Positions 1 to 13,621 of a DNA stretch of 64,000 nt are shown piece by piece. This DNA comes from the human T2T-CHM13v2.0 reference genome, Homo sapiens. Position 1 is the stretch's first letter. The number at the start of each line of letters is the position of its first letter. The notes below the pieces were generated by a model. The model was given only the letters and a program-made list of their open reading frames with translations, made no database searches and was not told the origin of the DNA. The stretch lies in assembly GCF_009914755.1 (NCBI RefSeq), contig NC_060925.1; one strand, written 5' to 3'. A program made the translations under genes and the position numbers.

Positions 1-3000
1 GAATCCTGAGTTTCCTGATTCTAGGCCTTGATTCCTGGATGGCACTTCTAAACCCAGCCTAGGCCATAGGGGAGCCCAGTTTCTGAAAGGAGAAACTCAG
101 AACTGTCAGCATTCACCACAAGCTGAAGGAAGAGCTCTTGGATTGGAGTGAATATCAGTGGCAGCAAGGCAGTACTTGCCATAGACCAGGGGTGATGACC
201 ACAAGGCGATACTCCTCTGCTTGAGACAGGGGAAAGAAGAGTAGGAGAGGCTTTTGTCTTGCAGCTTTGGTAACAGCTTAGCTTCAGCAGAATAGAACAC
301 CAAGTAGATTACAAGGGTTCCTGACTCCAGGCCTGTCTCTTGAACAGCATCTCTGGACCCACCTGGTGACAAGGGAAATTCACCACCCTAAAGGGAAGAA
401 CACAAGCCTGGCTGGATTGACCACTTACTGATTGTAGACCCCTTGGTTTTTGAGTGAACATAGGTGGTAGCTGGGTACTGGTCATTGTGGGCATTGGATG
501 AGACTCAGTACTGTGCTGGCTTAAGGTCTGACCCAACAAAGTTACAGTGGTGGTGGCCCCTGTGAGTATCATTCCTGCCCCAACTCCTGGAAGCTCAGAC
601 AGAGAAAGAGACTCTTTTTTGGGGAGTGTGGAAGGGGAGAAGGAAGGAAAGAGAATAATATCTGCCTGATCATGTAAGGAATTAGCTGGGATCCTACCCA
701 AGACCACCAAGAGTACATCTACGACTCTGCAAGAGCCACAGTGTTACTAGACTTGAGGTGCCCCTTAAAGCAGATATAGCTTCAGTGACCAAAGACTTGC
801 ATTACAACACTCAAGCCCATTCAAACACCTGGAAAGCCTTCTCGAAAAGAATAAGCACAAATAAGCACAGACTAAGAAGACCACAATAAACACCTAACTC
901 TTCAATGCCAGCACACTGACATCCACAAGCATCAAGACCATCCGGGAAAAAATGACCTTACTAAGAAAACTGAATAAAACCAATGACTAATTAGGGAGAG
1001 ACAGAGTATTCAAAATAGCTGTCTTGAGGAAGCTTTATTCAAGATAACACAGAAAAGAAATTCAGAACCTATGAGAAATTGAACAAAGAGATCAAAATAA
1101 TTAAAAAGAAACAAGAAGAAATTCTAGAGTGAAAAAACGTAATTGACATTCTAAAGAATGCATCAGAGTCTCTTAACAGCAGAATTGATCAAACAGAAAA
1201 AATAATTAGTGAACTTGAAGACAGACTATTTGAAAATATACAGTAAGAGGAGACAAAAGGAAAAAAAGAAAAAAATAACGAATGAAGTATGCCTGAAAGA
1301 TTTAGAAAATAGCCTCAAGAGCACAAATCTAAGAGTTATTGGCCTTAAAGAGGAAGAAGAGGGAGAGAGATTAGGGTAGAATGTTTATTCAAAGGGACAA
1401 TAATGAATAACTTATCAAATCTACAGAAAGTTATCAATATTCAAGCACAAGAAGGTTATAGAACATGCATCAGTTTAGCCCAAAGAAGAATACCTCAAGG
1501 CATTTAATAATAAAACTCTCAAAGTTCAAAGATAAATAAAGGGTCCTAAAAGCAGCAAGAGAAAATAAACAACATACAAAAGAGCTCCAATATGTCTGCC
1601 AGCAGACTTTCAGTGGAAATCTTATAGGCCAGAAGAGAGTCGCATGAAATATTTAAAGTGATGAAAGAAAAAACGTTTATTGCAGAATAGTGTACCTGCT
1701 GAAAATATCCTTCAAACACAAAGAAATAAATACTTTTCCAGACAAACAAAAGCTGAGAAATTTCATCAATGCCGGCCTGTCTATGAGAAATGATAAAGGA
1801 AGTTCTTCAATCTGAAATAAAAATTATGTTAACAAGTAAAAAAATCATCTGAAGGTACAGAACTCAGTTAACAGCAAGTACACAAAAACAGTAAGTATAC
1901 AGAATATTATAACACTGTGATTGTGATGTGTAAAATACTTGTATATTCAGTAGAAAGGCTAAAAGATGAATATATCAAAAACAATTACAACTTTCAAAAC
2001 TTAAGAAAATAAGTTATAAACAAAAACAACAAAAAGTTAAAAAGTGAGAAGATGAAGTTAAAGTGTAGAGTTTGTATTGATTTTGTTTTTGTTTCAGATA
2101 CACGAAATATAAAAAGTATGAAATTGAAACATACCACCTGAGAAAATCATCTTCACTAAAAGGAAGACAAGAAGGAAGGAAAGAAGGAAGATATCACAAA
2201 ACAACCAGAAAACAAATAAAATAACATGAGCAAGTCCTTACTTATCTGAAACATTCAATCCAAATGAACTCAGCTGTCCAATCCAAAGACATAGAGTAGC
2301 TGAATGGATAAATAACATAAGACCCAGTAATCAGTTGCCTACAAGAAATACACTTCACCTATAAAGACACACATAGACTGTAAATAAAGGGATAAAAATA
2401 GATACTCTCTGCAAATGAAAACTAAAAAAAGCAGGAGTAGCAATACTTAGACAAAATTGATTGCAAGACAAAAATTATGAATAGACAGTCATTGAATAAT
2501 TATAAACTGGTCAATTCAGCAATTAGATAAAACAATTGTAAATATATATGCACCCAACAATGGAGTACCCAGATAAATAAAGCCAGTGTTAATAGAGCTA
2601 GAGAGATAGACCCCAATACAAATATAGCTGGAGACTTAAACACCCCACTTTCAGAACTGGAGATGTTATCCAGACGAAAAAAAAAAAATCACCAAAGAAA
2701 CATCAGAGTTAATCTGCAGCACAGACCAAATGGACCTTATACATACTTACACAACATTTTATACAATAGTTACAGAACAGAATACACAATCTTCTCCTCA
2801 ACACATGGATCATTCTAAAAAGTAGACCATATGTCTATTTTGTTTTGGGCCTAAACAAGCCTTAATTTTTTTGGAAATTATATTAAGTATCTTTGACTAC
2901 AATGTAATATAATTAGACATCAATAACAAGAACTTTGGAAACTAAATAAACACATAGGAATTAAACAATATGCTCCTTAATAACCAGTGGGTAAATGAAT

Positions 3001-3191
3001 AAATTAAGGAAATTAAACAGTTCTTTGAAACAAATGATAATGGTAACACAACATAGCAAAACTTACGGGATAGAGTGAAAACAGTACCAAGAGGGAAGTT
3101 TATAGCTATAAGCACCTACATCAACAATAGTAGAAAAACTTCGAATAATCAACCTAATGATGAATCTTAAATAACTAGAAAAGCAAAAGCA

Positions 3192-3495
3192 GGCCCAGCA
3201 TAGTGGCTCATGCCTGTACTCTGAGCATGTTGGGAAGCCAAGGTAGGCAGATCACTTGAGCCAGGAGTTCAGGACTAGCCTGGGCACCATGGTGAAACAC
3301 CATCTCTACAAAAAAAAAAAAAAAAAAAAATGAAAAACTAGCCAGCATGGTTGTTCATGCCTGTAGCCCCAGTTACTCAGGAGACTGAGGTGGGATGATC
3401 CACTAAGCCCAGGAGTTCAAGGCTGCAGTGAGTCATGATTGCACCACTGCTTTCCAGCCTGGGTGACAGAGAGAGACCCTGTCTCAGAAAGAAAA
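3192..3495 (+). mobile_element. AluJ inserted in L1
   Basis: Dimeric Alu with J-type right arm (agcccaggagttcaaggctgcagtgag) and an expanded central A-run. Confidence 0.92.
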
Positions 3496-3881
3496 TTAAG
3501 AGCGACCAAACCCAAATTAGTAGAGGAAAATAAATAATAAAAATTGAAACAGAAATAAGTAAAATTAAAATGAGGAAAAAATATAAAAGTTCAATGAAAT
3601 GATTTTTTTTTGAAAAAATGATAATATTGTAAAATTTTAACTGGACTAATTAAGAAAAAAAAAGAAAGGACCCAAATAAAATCAGAGATTAAATGAAGTA
3701 ATTACAACTACTACTGTAGACATTCAAACATCATTTGAGGTTACCATGAGCAATTACATGCCAATAAATTGGACAACCTGGAAGAAATTTATAAATTTCC
3801 AGATACATACAACCTACCAAGATGAAACCCTGAAGAAGCTGAAAACCTGAACAGACTAATAAGTTATGAGATCAAAGCTTT

Positions 3882-4189
<308 letters not shown>

Positions 4190-7059
4190 TAATAGTAAGT
4201 TGCCCAGCAAAGAAAACCTTGAGACCTGATGGCTTCACTTCTGAATTCTACCAAACATACAGGGAAGACGTAACACAAATTTTATTTAAACTATTCCAAA
4301 AAATAGAAGAGGACACATACTTTCAAACTAATTTTATGAGGCCAGTACTGCCCTGATGCCAAAAGCAAAGACATATTCCCAAATAAAAACTACAGGCCAA
4401 TATTCCCAATGAGTATTAATACAGAAAAAAATCCTCAACAAAATATTAGTAAACCAAATTCAATAACACATTAAAAAGAATAGTCATCATGAGCAAGTGG
4501 GATTTATCTCAGGGATGCAAGGATGGTTTAACATAATGCAAATCAATCAACATGATACATCATATCAACGGAATAAAGAAAAAAAAATATGATCATTTCA
4601 ATTAATGCTGAAAAAGCACTTGATAATATTTGACATCCCTTCTTGATAAAAACCCTCACCAAATTAGGTGTAGAAGTAACATACCTTAGCACAGAAAAGC
4701 CATATACAACAGATCCTGAACTGGTATCATATTGAGTGGTGAAAAACTGAAAGCCTTTCCTTTAAGATCTTGAATGAGACAAGGATGCTGACTTTCACCA
4801 CTGTTATTCATCATAGAACTGTAACTCCTAGCTAGAGCAATCAGACAAGAGAAATAAATAAATGTCATCCAAACTGCAAAGGAGTAATTCAAGTTATTCT
4901 TGTTTGAAGGTGATGCAATCTCACATTTGGAAAAACCTAAAGACTCCACCAAAACTGTTAGAACTCATAAGCAAATTCAATAAAGTTGCAGGATACAAAG
5001 TTAACATACAAAAATCAGTAGAATTTTTTATGCCAACAAATGAAACACTAAAAACTAAAACCAAAAAGTAATCCCATTTACAATAGCTACAAACAAAATA
5101 AATTACCTAAAAAGTAACCAAAAAAGTGAAAGTCCTCCACAATGATAGCTAGAAAATTGATGCAAGAAATTCAAGAGGACATCAAAAAATCAAAATATAT
5201 TCCATGTGCATGGATTAAAAGAATCAATATTGTTAAAACGTCCATAGAACCCAAAGCAATCTACAGATACAATATAATCCCTATCAAAATACCAATGGCA
5301 TTCTTTAGAGAAAGAAAAAAAGTCTGAAAAGTTACATAGAACCACAAATGGGCCAGAATAGCCAAAGCTATCCTGAACAAAAGGAAAAAACTGGAGGAAT
5401 CACAGTGTCTTACTTCAAATTAAACTATAGAGCTATAATAACCAAAAGGGCACAGTACCAGCGCACAGACCAATGGAATAGAATAGATATCCCAGAAATA
5501 AACTCAGAAATCTACAGTGAACTTGTTTCTGACAAAGGTGCAAAGAATATACTTTGGGGAAAGGACAGTCTTTTCCATAAATGATGCTGGGAAAACTAGG
5601 TATTCACATGCAGAAGAATAAAACTAAACTTCTATCCCTCTCCAAGTAAAAATCAGATCATAATGAATTAAAGACTTAAATATAAGACCTTAAACTATGA
5701 AACTACTAAAAGACAATATTGAGAAACTCTCCAGGACATTGAACTGGGCAAAGAGTTCTTGACTAATACCCCAAAAGCATAGGCAACCAAAGCAAAAATG
5801 GATAAATGGGATTGCATCAAGTTAAAAAGCTTCTGCACAGCAAAGGATATGATCAACGAAATTAAGAGACAACATGCAGAATGGGAGAGAATGTTGGAAA
5901 ACTTATCTATTTAACAAGATTAATAACCAGAATATATAAGAAGCTCAAATAATTCTATTGGAAAAAATCTTATAATCCAATTAAAAATGAGCAAAAAATC
6001 TGAATAGACATTCTTCAAAAGAAAACATACAAGTGATAAGTAGGTATATGAAAGGTGCTCATCATTGATTATCAGAGAATTGCTAGTCAGAACTACAGTG
6101 AGATATCTTCTCATCTCACCCCAGTAATAGTAGCTTTTTTTCAAAAGTCAAGCAATAACAAATGCTGCTGAGTACAGGAGAAAAGGGAACTCCCATACAT
6201 TGTTGGTGGGAATGTAAATTATTACAACCACTAGGAAGAACAGTTTGAAGGTTCCTCAAAAAGCCAAAAATAGAACTACTATATGATCTGGCAATCTTAC
6301 TGCTAGATACATACCCAAAAGAAAGGAAATTGGTATATCAGCTAGCTATCTGTACTTGCATTTTATTGCAGCACTGTTTACAATAGCCAAGACTTGGAAG
6401 CAACTTAAGCATCCTTCAACAGATAAATAGATAAAGAAAAGGTCTTACATATATAAAGTGGAGTACTCTTCATTCATAAGAAATAAGATCTTGTCATTTG
6501 CAACAACACGGATGGAACTGGAGGAGGACATTACGTTAGTTGAAATAAGCCAGGCCTAGAAAGAAAATCTTTCCATGTTCTCACTTATTTGGGGGAGCTA
6601 AAAAACCCAAAACAAGGCTGGGAAGGGTAGTTTTGTGTGGGAAGTAGGGATGTTTGGGTACAAAAATGTAATTAGATAGAGAGAATAAGTTCTAATATTT
6701 AACAGCACAGAAGGTGACTAGAGTCAGCAAAAATTTATCGTACATTAAAAAATAACTGAAAGAATATAATTGGATTGTTTGTAACACAATGAAAGGATAA
6801 ATGCTTGAGGTGATGAATACTCCATTTACCCTGATGTGATTATAATGTTTTGTATGCTTGTATCAAAATATCTCATGTAGCACATAAATATAGACACCTA
6901 CTAGGAACGCACAGAAATTAAAAATAAAAATAAATAAATATTAATGGTACCCATTGGCCATTTTTACATGCTTTATTCTTTTGTCCTGTACATAGCAGAG
7001 ACTGGAGATGGTGCCATTATTTTTACTTGAACTGCAGAGTACTATTCTCTATTTTTCTC

Positions 7060-7400
7060 CTAGGTTTTATTATCTTCTTTATTTACATGCATCTCCTTAG
7101 TAATTTCATCCGATAAAATGGTTTTAAATATCAAAGCTGAAGACTTTTTTTTTAACCTTCAGCCACAGTGTCCTTTTGACCTCCAACCTTGTATATTTAA
7201 CTCCTCAATAATTCTCTTCACGTGAAATGTAATTTATTTTTCTAAGACAAAAATAATAATTTCTCTGCTTTCCAAATTATTTCTCCACCAGTACTGATCA
7301 TTTAATTTTATCCTACATTTCTACTTGGTATGAATAATTCTCAATACTTCCCTTTCTGTCATACTCCATATCCAGTCCATCAGCAATTTTCATTGGTACA
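7060..7400 (+). mobile_element. L2 fragment (ancient)
   Basis: L2-like motifs (ctccttagtaatttcatcc...ggttttaaatatca; tatccagtccatcagcaa); boundaries approximate. Confidence 0.5.
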
Positions 7401-10154
7401 ACGATTTAAATATATACATTATCATTCATTTGATGTGGAATCAATAAAAATCATGGATCTGCTCCTTACAGTGTCACAACTTGAAAAAAAACAATCTATA
7501 ATGCATCAGTTTTGTAATTGAGATTCTCTGGCATACATAGCCTATGGTAAGAATTCAGTAATTTTATATGGAGTATAGTTAATTGCACAAAATACACTGA
7601 ATTTAAAGTAGCAATAAATTAAAGTAGCAGTAAATTAAAGATAGACCCACATGTAGAAATAATAGGTTACTTTTAAGACCTAGATTAAGAATTCTATAAT
7701 TTTACAAATTAATACTTTTAGACACATTAAATAATTTTTAGTGGTATTAAACTAAATTAGTTTATTAAAGATAGAATTCAATTTGCATAGACAACCTGAT
7801 AATGAGAACATTTATTTCAATTCCCAGATCATCATTTAATAAAATGTATATTAATAGAAATTCTCCTTTTCTTCCTCTCTCAAATATTTCTCAGATGAGA
7901 CATTTTGGTTATTTAGAGTAGGAGACATTTTAGCGTCATTTAGCCACTCCAGCCCTAAAGGAACTACCTTTAGTATTTTCTGCCCATTTTGACACCCAAA
8001 AAACACTTAAAGATTTCCAGAAGACACAAAAGAAAGGTAGTACTGTCTGACTCACCCATCAACTAAACAAAGTTTCTACATATCAATATAATGGTGACTA
8101 GCATCTACCAAAGCATTACACTATGTAAAACATATTAAAGAAGCTAATGGATACAAAGGCAATGGGTTCATTATTAACTGTCATGAATATAATAAGTAGA
8201 GTAAGAATGAGGACTAGAAAGACCTAGATGATCCTTTGTCCATGGAGACATGAATTTAAAAACAAACACAAAATATCTCCATGAGAAATCCAGAAACCAA
8301 TGAAATGTTTTCTCTACCCCAAGTAAGCGTGAAGCCAACCATGTGGAAACCCAGTAGAAAATCACTGACACTCTCCACTCTATCTTGTCAGAACCGCTCT
8401 CCCCGCCACCAGCAGAATGGGGCAGTTTGGGAGGAAGCCATCCACTCCCATTATCTTCCTGGGAAAGGAAATGAATAGAAAGTACATCCAACTGACTTTT
8501 AGGGAACCTGCCTGAGGAAATGTCTGTCTTGCCTGTATCCAAGTACTAGCAGAAATGGAGTGCCAAATTAGGGGTCTCTGAAAACAAAGATGTCAACCTT
8601 GTACCAAAGTCTACAGTACCAAAGACAGGTACTAGGTAGAGATCTACCATCACGTTTAAATAAAGCAACAGAGAATATTCATTACTGGAGACAGACACCA
8701 GAGGAAAAATGTAAATAGAAGCCTGTAAACCTCCTCTAAAAGATTACACATATAAGCCCATAAGGATGTACACCCAAAAAAGTCTTGAGAGGTCTCCAGA
8801 ATCTCTACCCAGGTTGTGTAGGGAAACTCCTCCTTGTCTGAAACCAGACTGCAAAGTCTGGGAGAGATGGCTGATTCTTCAGTTGCTGAAATTCCATAAC
8901 AACACAAAGGAAACAAGCAGTCTTGTCACATTTAAAGGCACCAATTAAATCCCTAAAAACTAAGGCCAAATGAGTGGAGATATCCCAATTTGCCAAAGAA
9001 ATAAAAATTACTGTCATGAAAATGCTCAGTGAACTAAAAAAAAAAAATACAGACAACTAAATGAAATCAGGAAAACACAAAAAGAAATGAGAATATAAAC
9101 AAAGAGATAGAAACCATAAAAAAATTATCCAACCAAAAAATATAATAATTAAATTGAAAAATTCACTGAAGGAACTAAAATTTAGCATTCACTAGACAGA
9201 AGAAAAGATCAATGAACTGGACAACAACACTTTGAAATTACTGAGGCAGAGAAACAAAAATTGTCAAGTAAAGTGAGGAGAGCCTGAGAGACTTATGGCA
9301 TATCATTAAGCTGAACAACACACACATTATAGGACATGCAGAGGTGAGGAAAGAGAGAAAAGGCAGAAAACATAACTGAATTAATAATGGGTGAAAATTT
9401 TCCCAAATCTAAAGACAGAAATGAACTTATAAATTCAAGAAGCTCAAAAAACTCTTCAATTAGTACAAATTGAAAGAGAGCCACATAAAGATGCATCCTA
9501 AACGGATGGTGAAAAGTCATAGATAAAAGAGAAAATCTTGAAAGAAGCAAGAGAACAATGACTTGTTAAATAAAAGGCAGCTCTACCAACCTGTAGTCTA
9601 AGAGAAAATGGAATGTTGTATTCAAAGTACTGAAAGGAAACAGCAACTATCAAGCAAAAATACTACATTTAGAAGTCTCTCCTTTAAAAATAAAAGATAA
9701 ATTAAAAGCAAAGGGAATTAATAACTACTAGACTTATCTCATAAGAAATGCTGAAAGGAGTCCTACAAGCTGATGTAAAATGACAAAAAACAAAAATATA
9801 AAAACCACATGGAAATAAATCTCTGGTAAAATTAAGTATAGAGACAAATGTAGAATGCTTAAGTGTTATAATATGTGAGTAAATCAATTATAAATCTGGT
9901 GTATGTGTGTGTGTGTGAATCAATTATATAATGTGAATAAAAATATGTGAGTAAATCCAGCATATTATATACATATGTGTGTATGTGTGTATATATAAAG
10001 TATAAAAGGTATAAGCCTGCATTAATAGATACTTAGTATAAAAAGGTACAATTTCTTTCATCACTAATATAAACTGGAAGGGAGTCAGAATGTAGAAGTA
10101 GAGTTTTTGTATGTGATTGCAGTGATGTTGTTATCAGTTTAAAATAAATTATTA

Positions 10155-10447
<293 letters not shown>

Positions 10448-12504
10448 AAATAAATTGTTACAATGTTTAAATATTTTATGTAATGGCAATGATTATTACA
10501 AGAAAATATACAAGACAAATCAGAAGAGAATCAAAATGTCCCTACAAAAATATCAATAAAACACAAAGGAAGTTAGTCAAGATAGCTACAAAAAGACACA
10601 AAAGATAGCTATAAGACAGACAGAAAACAACAAAATGTTAATATTAAGTCTTTTCCTATCAGAAGTTAATTGAAATGTAAACATAAATTAACATTAAATT
10701 TAATTAATAAACATTAATTAAATTTAAACATGACAATTAAAGGATGTTGACTCAATGAATTACAAAAACAAAATCCAACTGTATGCTTCATATGAAACAT
10801 ACTTTAGATTAAGGACACTCAGAAGGCTAAAATTGAGAGTGGAAAAAGATGTTTTATGCAAAATGGAATGTAAATAGATAAGAGTGGCAATACTTAGACA
10901 AAACAGACTTTGAGAAAAAAACTGTCACAAGAAACAACGAATGACATTACAGAATGACAAAAAGGTCAATTCACCAGAAGATACAGCAATTACAAATACA
11001 TATTCACCCAACATTAGCACACTCGAATATATAAAATGAACATTGATAGAATTTAAGAAAAAAATAGCAACCTCAAAATTGTTGGAGACTTCAATTATGG
11101 ATATCCCACTTTTAGTTATGGATAGAAAAATCAGACAGAAGATGAAAAATAATAGAGATATTTCACAACACTACAGATCAATTGGAATTAACAAATATAT
11201 ACAGAATGTTTGATTTAACAGTAGTGGAAAATATATTTTTTAAGCACACATGGAATATTTTTCAAAATAGGCAATAGAAATGCAAACAAATTTAGGATTG
11301 AAATTACACAAAGTATCTTCTTTCTCAGCAGAAGAGGATAAATAATAAATGTTATAGCAGAGGTAAGTGAAGTAGAGAATAGAAAAGCAATATGAAAAAT
11401 CAACAAAACAGTTTTTTTTTAATTTAACTAAATTGACAAACCCTTAGCTAGACTAAAAAGAAGGTAAAAGGCTCAAATAAATAAATTCAGAAATGAAAGA
11501 GTAAACATTAAAACTAATGTCACAGAAATAAAAATAATTATGCCACTATTATGAATGTGAATAAGTTGGACAACCTAGAAGAAATAAATTATTAGAAATA
11601 CATGGTATATGAAGACTGAATTATGAAGAAAAAAGAGAGCAAATCGATAATTAGTAAAGAGATTAAATCTGTAGTTAAAAATCTCCTATCAGAAAAAGCT
11701 CAGGATTACCTTGTTACCAAAAATCAGACAAAGGCATAAGACAAGAAAATGATGGAACAATATTACTGTTGAGTATTGACTAAAAAATCCTCAATAAAAA
11801 CTAACAAACTAAATTCAACAGCACACCATCTCAATTGATGCTCAAAAAGCATTTGACATAATACAATATCCTTTCATGACAAACACTCTCAATAAATTAG
11901 GAATAGAAGGAAACTATCTCAACATAATAAAAGCCATATATGGACATAGTACTAGAAGTTTTAGCCAGAATAATCAGACAAGATAAGGAAATAAAAGCCA
12001 TGAAAATTAGACATAAAGAATCAAAATTATCTGTTATCAGATGACATAATCATACGTTTAGAAAACTCTAAAGACTCTACAAAAAATGATTATAACAAAT
12101 TTAAAAATTTAGAAAAGTTGCAGGATTCATAATAACACTTAGAAATCAGTTCCATTTCGAAAGACTAAAAATGGCCAACCTGAAAAAGAAATGAAAATAT
12201 CTTCATTTACTGTAGCCTCCAATAGAACAAAATACTTGAGAACAAGCTTAAACAAAGAAGTGAAAGACTTGTTCACCAAAAAGTACAAAACTAAAAGAAA
12301 TCAAAGACACAAATCTTCTTTGCTAAATCAAAGAACAGACAAATAAATGGAAAGATACTCTGTACTGTGGACTGCTGCACTTAATATTGTCAAAATTTTC
12401 ATACTACCGAAAGCAATCTACAGGTTCAAAGCCATTCTTATAAAAAATACAAGGACATTTTCTTAATTTTGCAGAAATAGAAAAATGTATTCTAAACTCC
12501 ATAT

Positions 12505-13621
12505 TAAAGTGGCATCATTGGCAGAGGTAATACCCAAGGTTCATTGTTCCACAGCCATGGAAAACTGGAACGCGAACCCACCAGAGTGGGGTTAAGAGTG
12601 GAAGTTCAACAGGCGAAAGAAAGAGAATATCTCTCTCTACTGCAGAGAGAGGGGTCCCAGAAAAAATGGGTAGCCAGTTCCATGGTGAAATGCGTGAGGT
12701 TTATAAACTAGCTTGAGGAGGCAGTGTCTGATTTACATAGGGCATGAAATATTGGTCAGATTAGGTGTGCCATTTGCATAGTGCACAAAGAAGCTGGCTG
12801 CCCCACCCTAGTCCTTTATTATGCAGATGGGTTCTTTACCTGGCTGGCACCATGTTTCCTGCTTTTCTACTGTACACGTGGTAACAAAGAAAAGGGAAGA
12901 TGGAGACTCCATATTGAACATATCTGGCTTTCAGGTAGCTCTTTTCTATTGGCACAGCTGCCTGCATTCCCCTATGCAAGTTTCTAACTTGCTTATCTAT
13001 GTTTGCAGCGTGACTTCACAGGCTGCTCTGTTTTAGAAAAGAAATGATTTTGGGACTTGTAAGAGTTAAAGAAAGAGGAAAGAAACATACAAAGTGGCTC
13101 AGCACTCAGAAACAGGTTTTTTTGGAGAATAAATCTGAGAGGGGCTTCTGGTCAATTTCAGTCAGGAGCACTCTCTCTTACAGACTGAGTATTTAAGAGT
13201 TTAGGGTGAGAGAGCTTATCACAGGCTTGGAATATTTCTGTGTGGAGGAGAAGTTTATTGCAGAGTTGGCATGTCTCTGGTCAGAGGGGAGTTTATCTTG
13301 GGGCTGACATCTCTTCAGATGGAGGGGAGGTTATCTCGTGGCTGGCATGTCTCTGGTTGGGGAGGGGTTTATTTTAGGGTTAGAATATTTATGATTGCAG
13401 ATGTCATTTGTGGTCTATGGTCATGCTGACATTAGCCATCAGGTCGATGCCCTTTGGGTTGGACCCAGGCAGTTTTTGATCAATAGGAACTTTAAAATGG
13501 CAGTGCTTGTCCAAGATGGCGAGGCTCCTGCTCTATCAGGGCTGCTTTTTGTTAAAAGGGAAACCTTGCCAAGGATTCCCTCACTTACTGCCAAAATAAT
13601 TTGTTTTTATCTCTTGTATTA
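12505..13621 (-). mobile_element. ERV1 solo LTR (LTR9-like), split by LTR19
   Basis: Matches recalled LTR9 consensus on the minus strand; 4-bp TSD ATAT at 12501-12504 and 13622-13625; the L1 reads through across the excised element. Confidence 0.8.
13058..13538 (-). mobile_element. ERV1 solo LTR (LTR19-like) nested in LTR9
   Basis: TG...CA termini (tgtaagagttaaag...ctctatca); 5-bp TSD GGACT/GGGCT; internal ~35-bp degenerate repeats (tgtctctggt..gaggggag.ttat). Confidence 0.82.

Noticed and set aside
106-710. Two minus-strand ORFs (88 and 133 aa)
   Set aside because: Lie in an old L1 5'UTR, probably with non-ATG starts; no recognisable domain.
13255-13390. Spaced ~35-bp repeats resembling a CRISPR-like array
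   Set aside because: Internal U3 repeats of the LTR19-like element in eukaryotic DNA; no unique spacers or cas genes.
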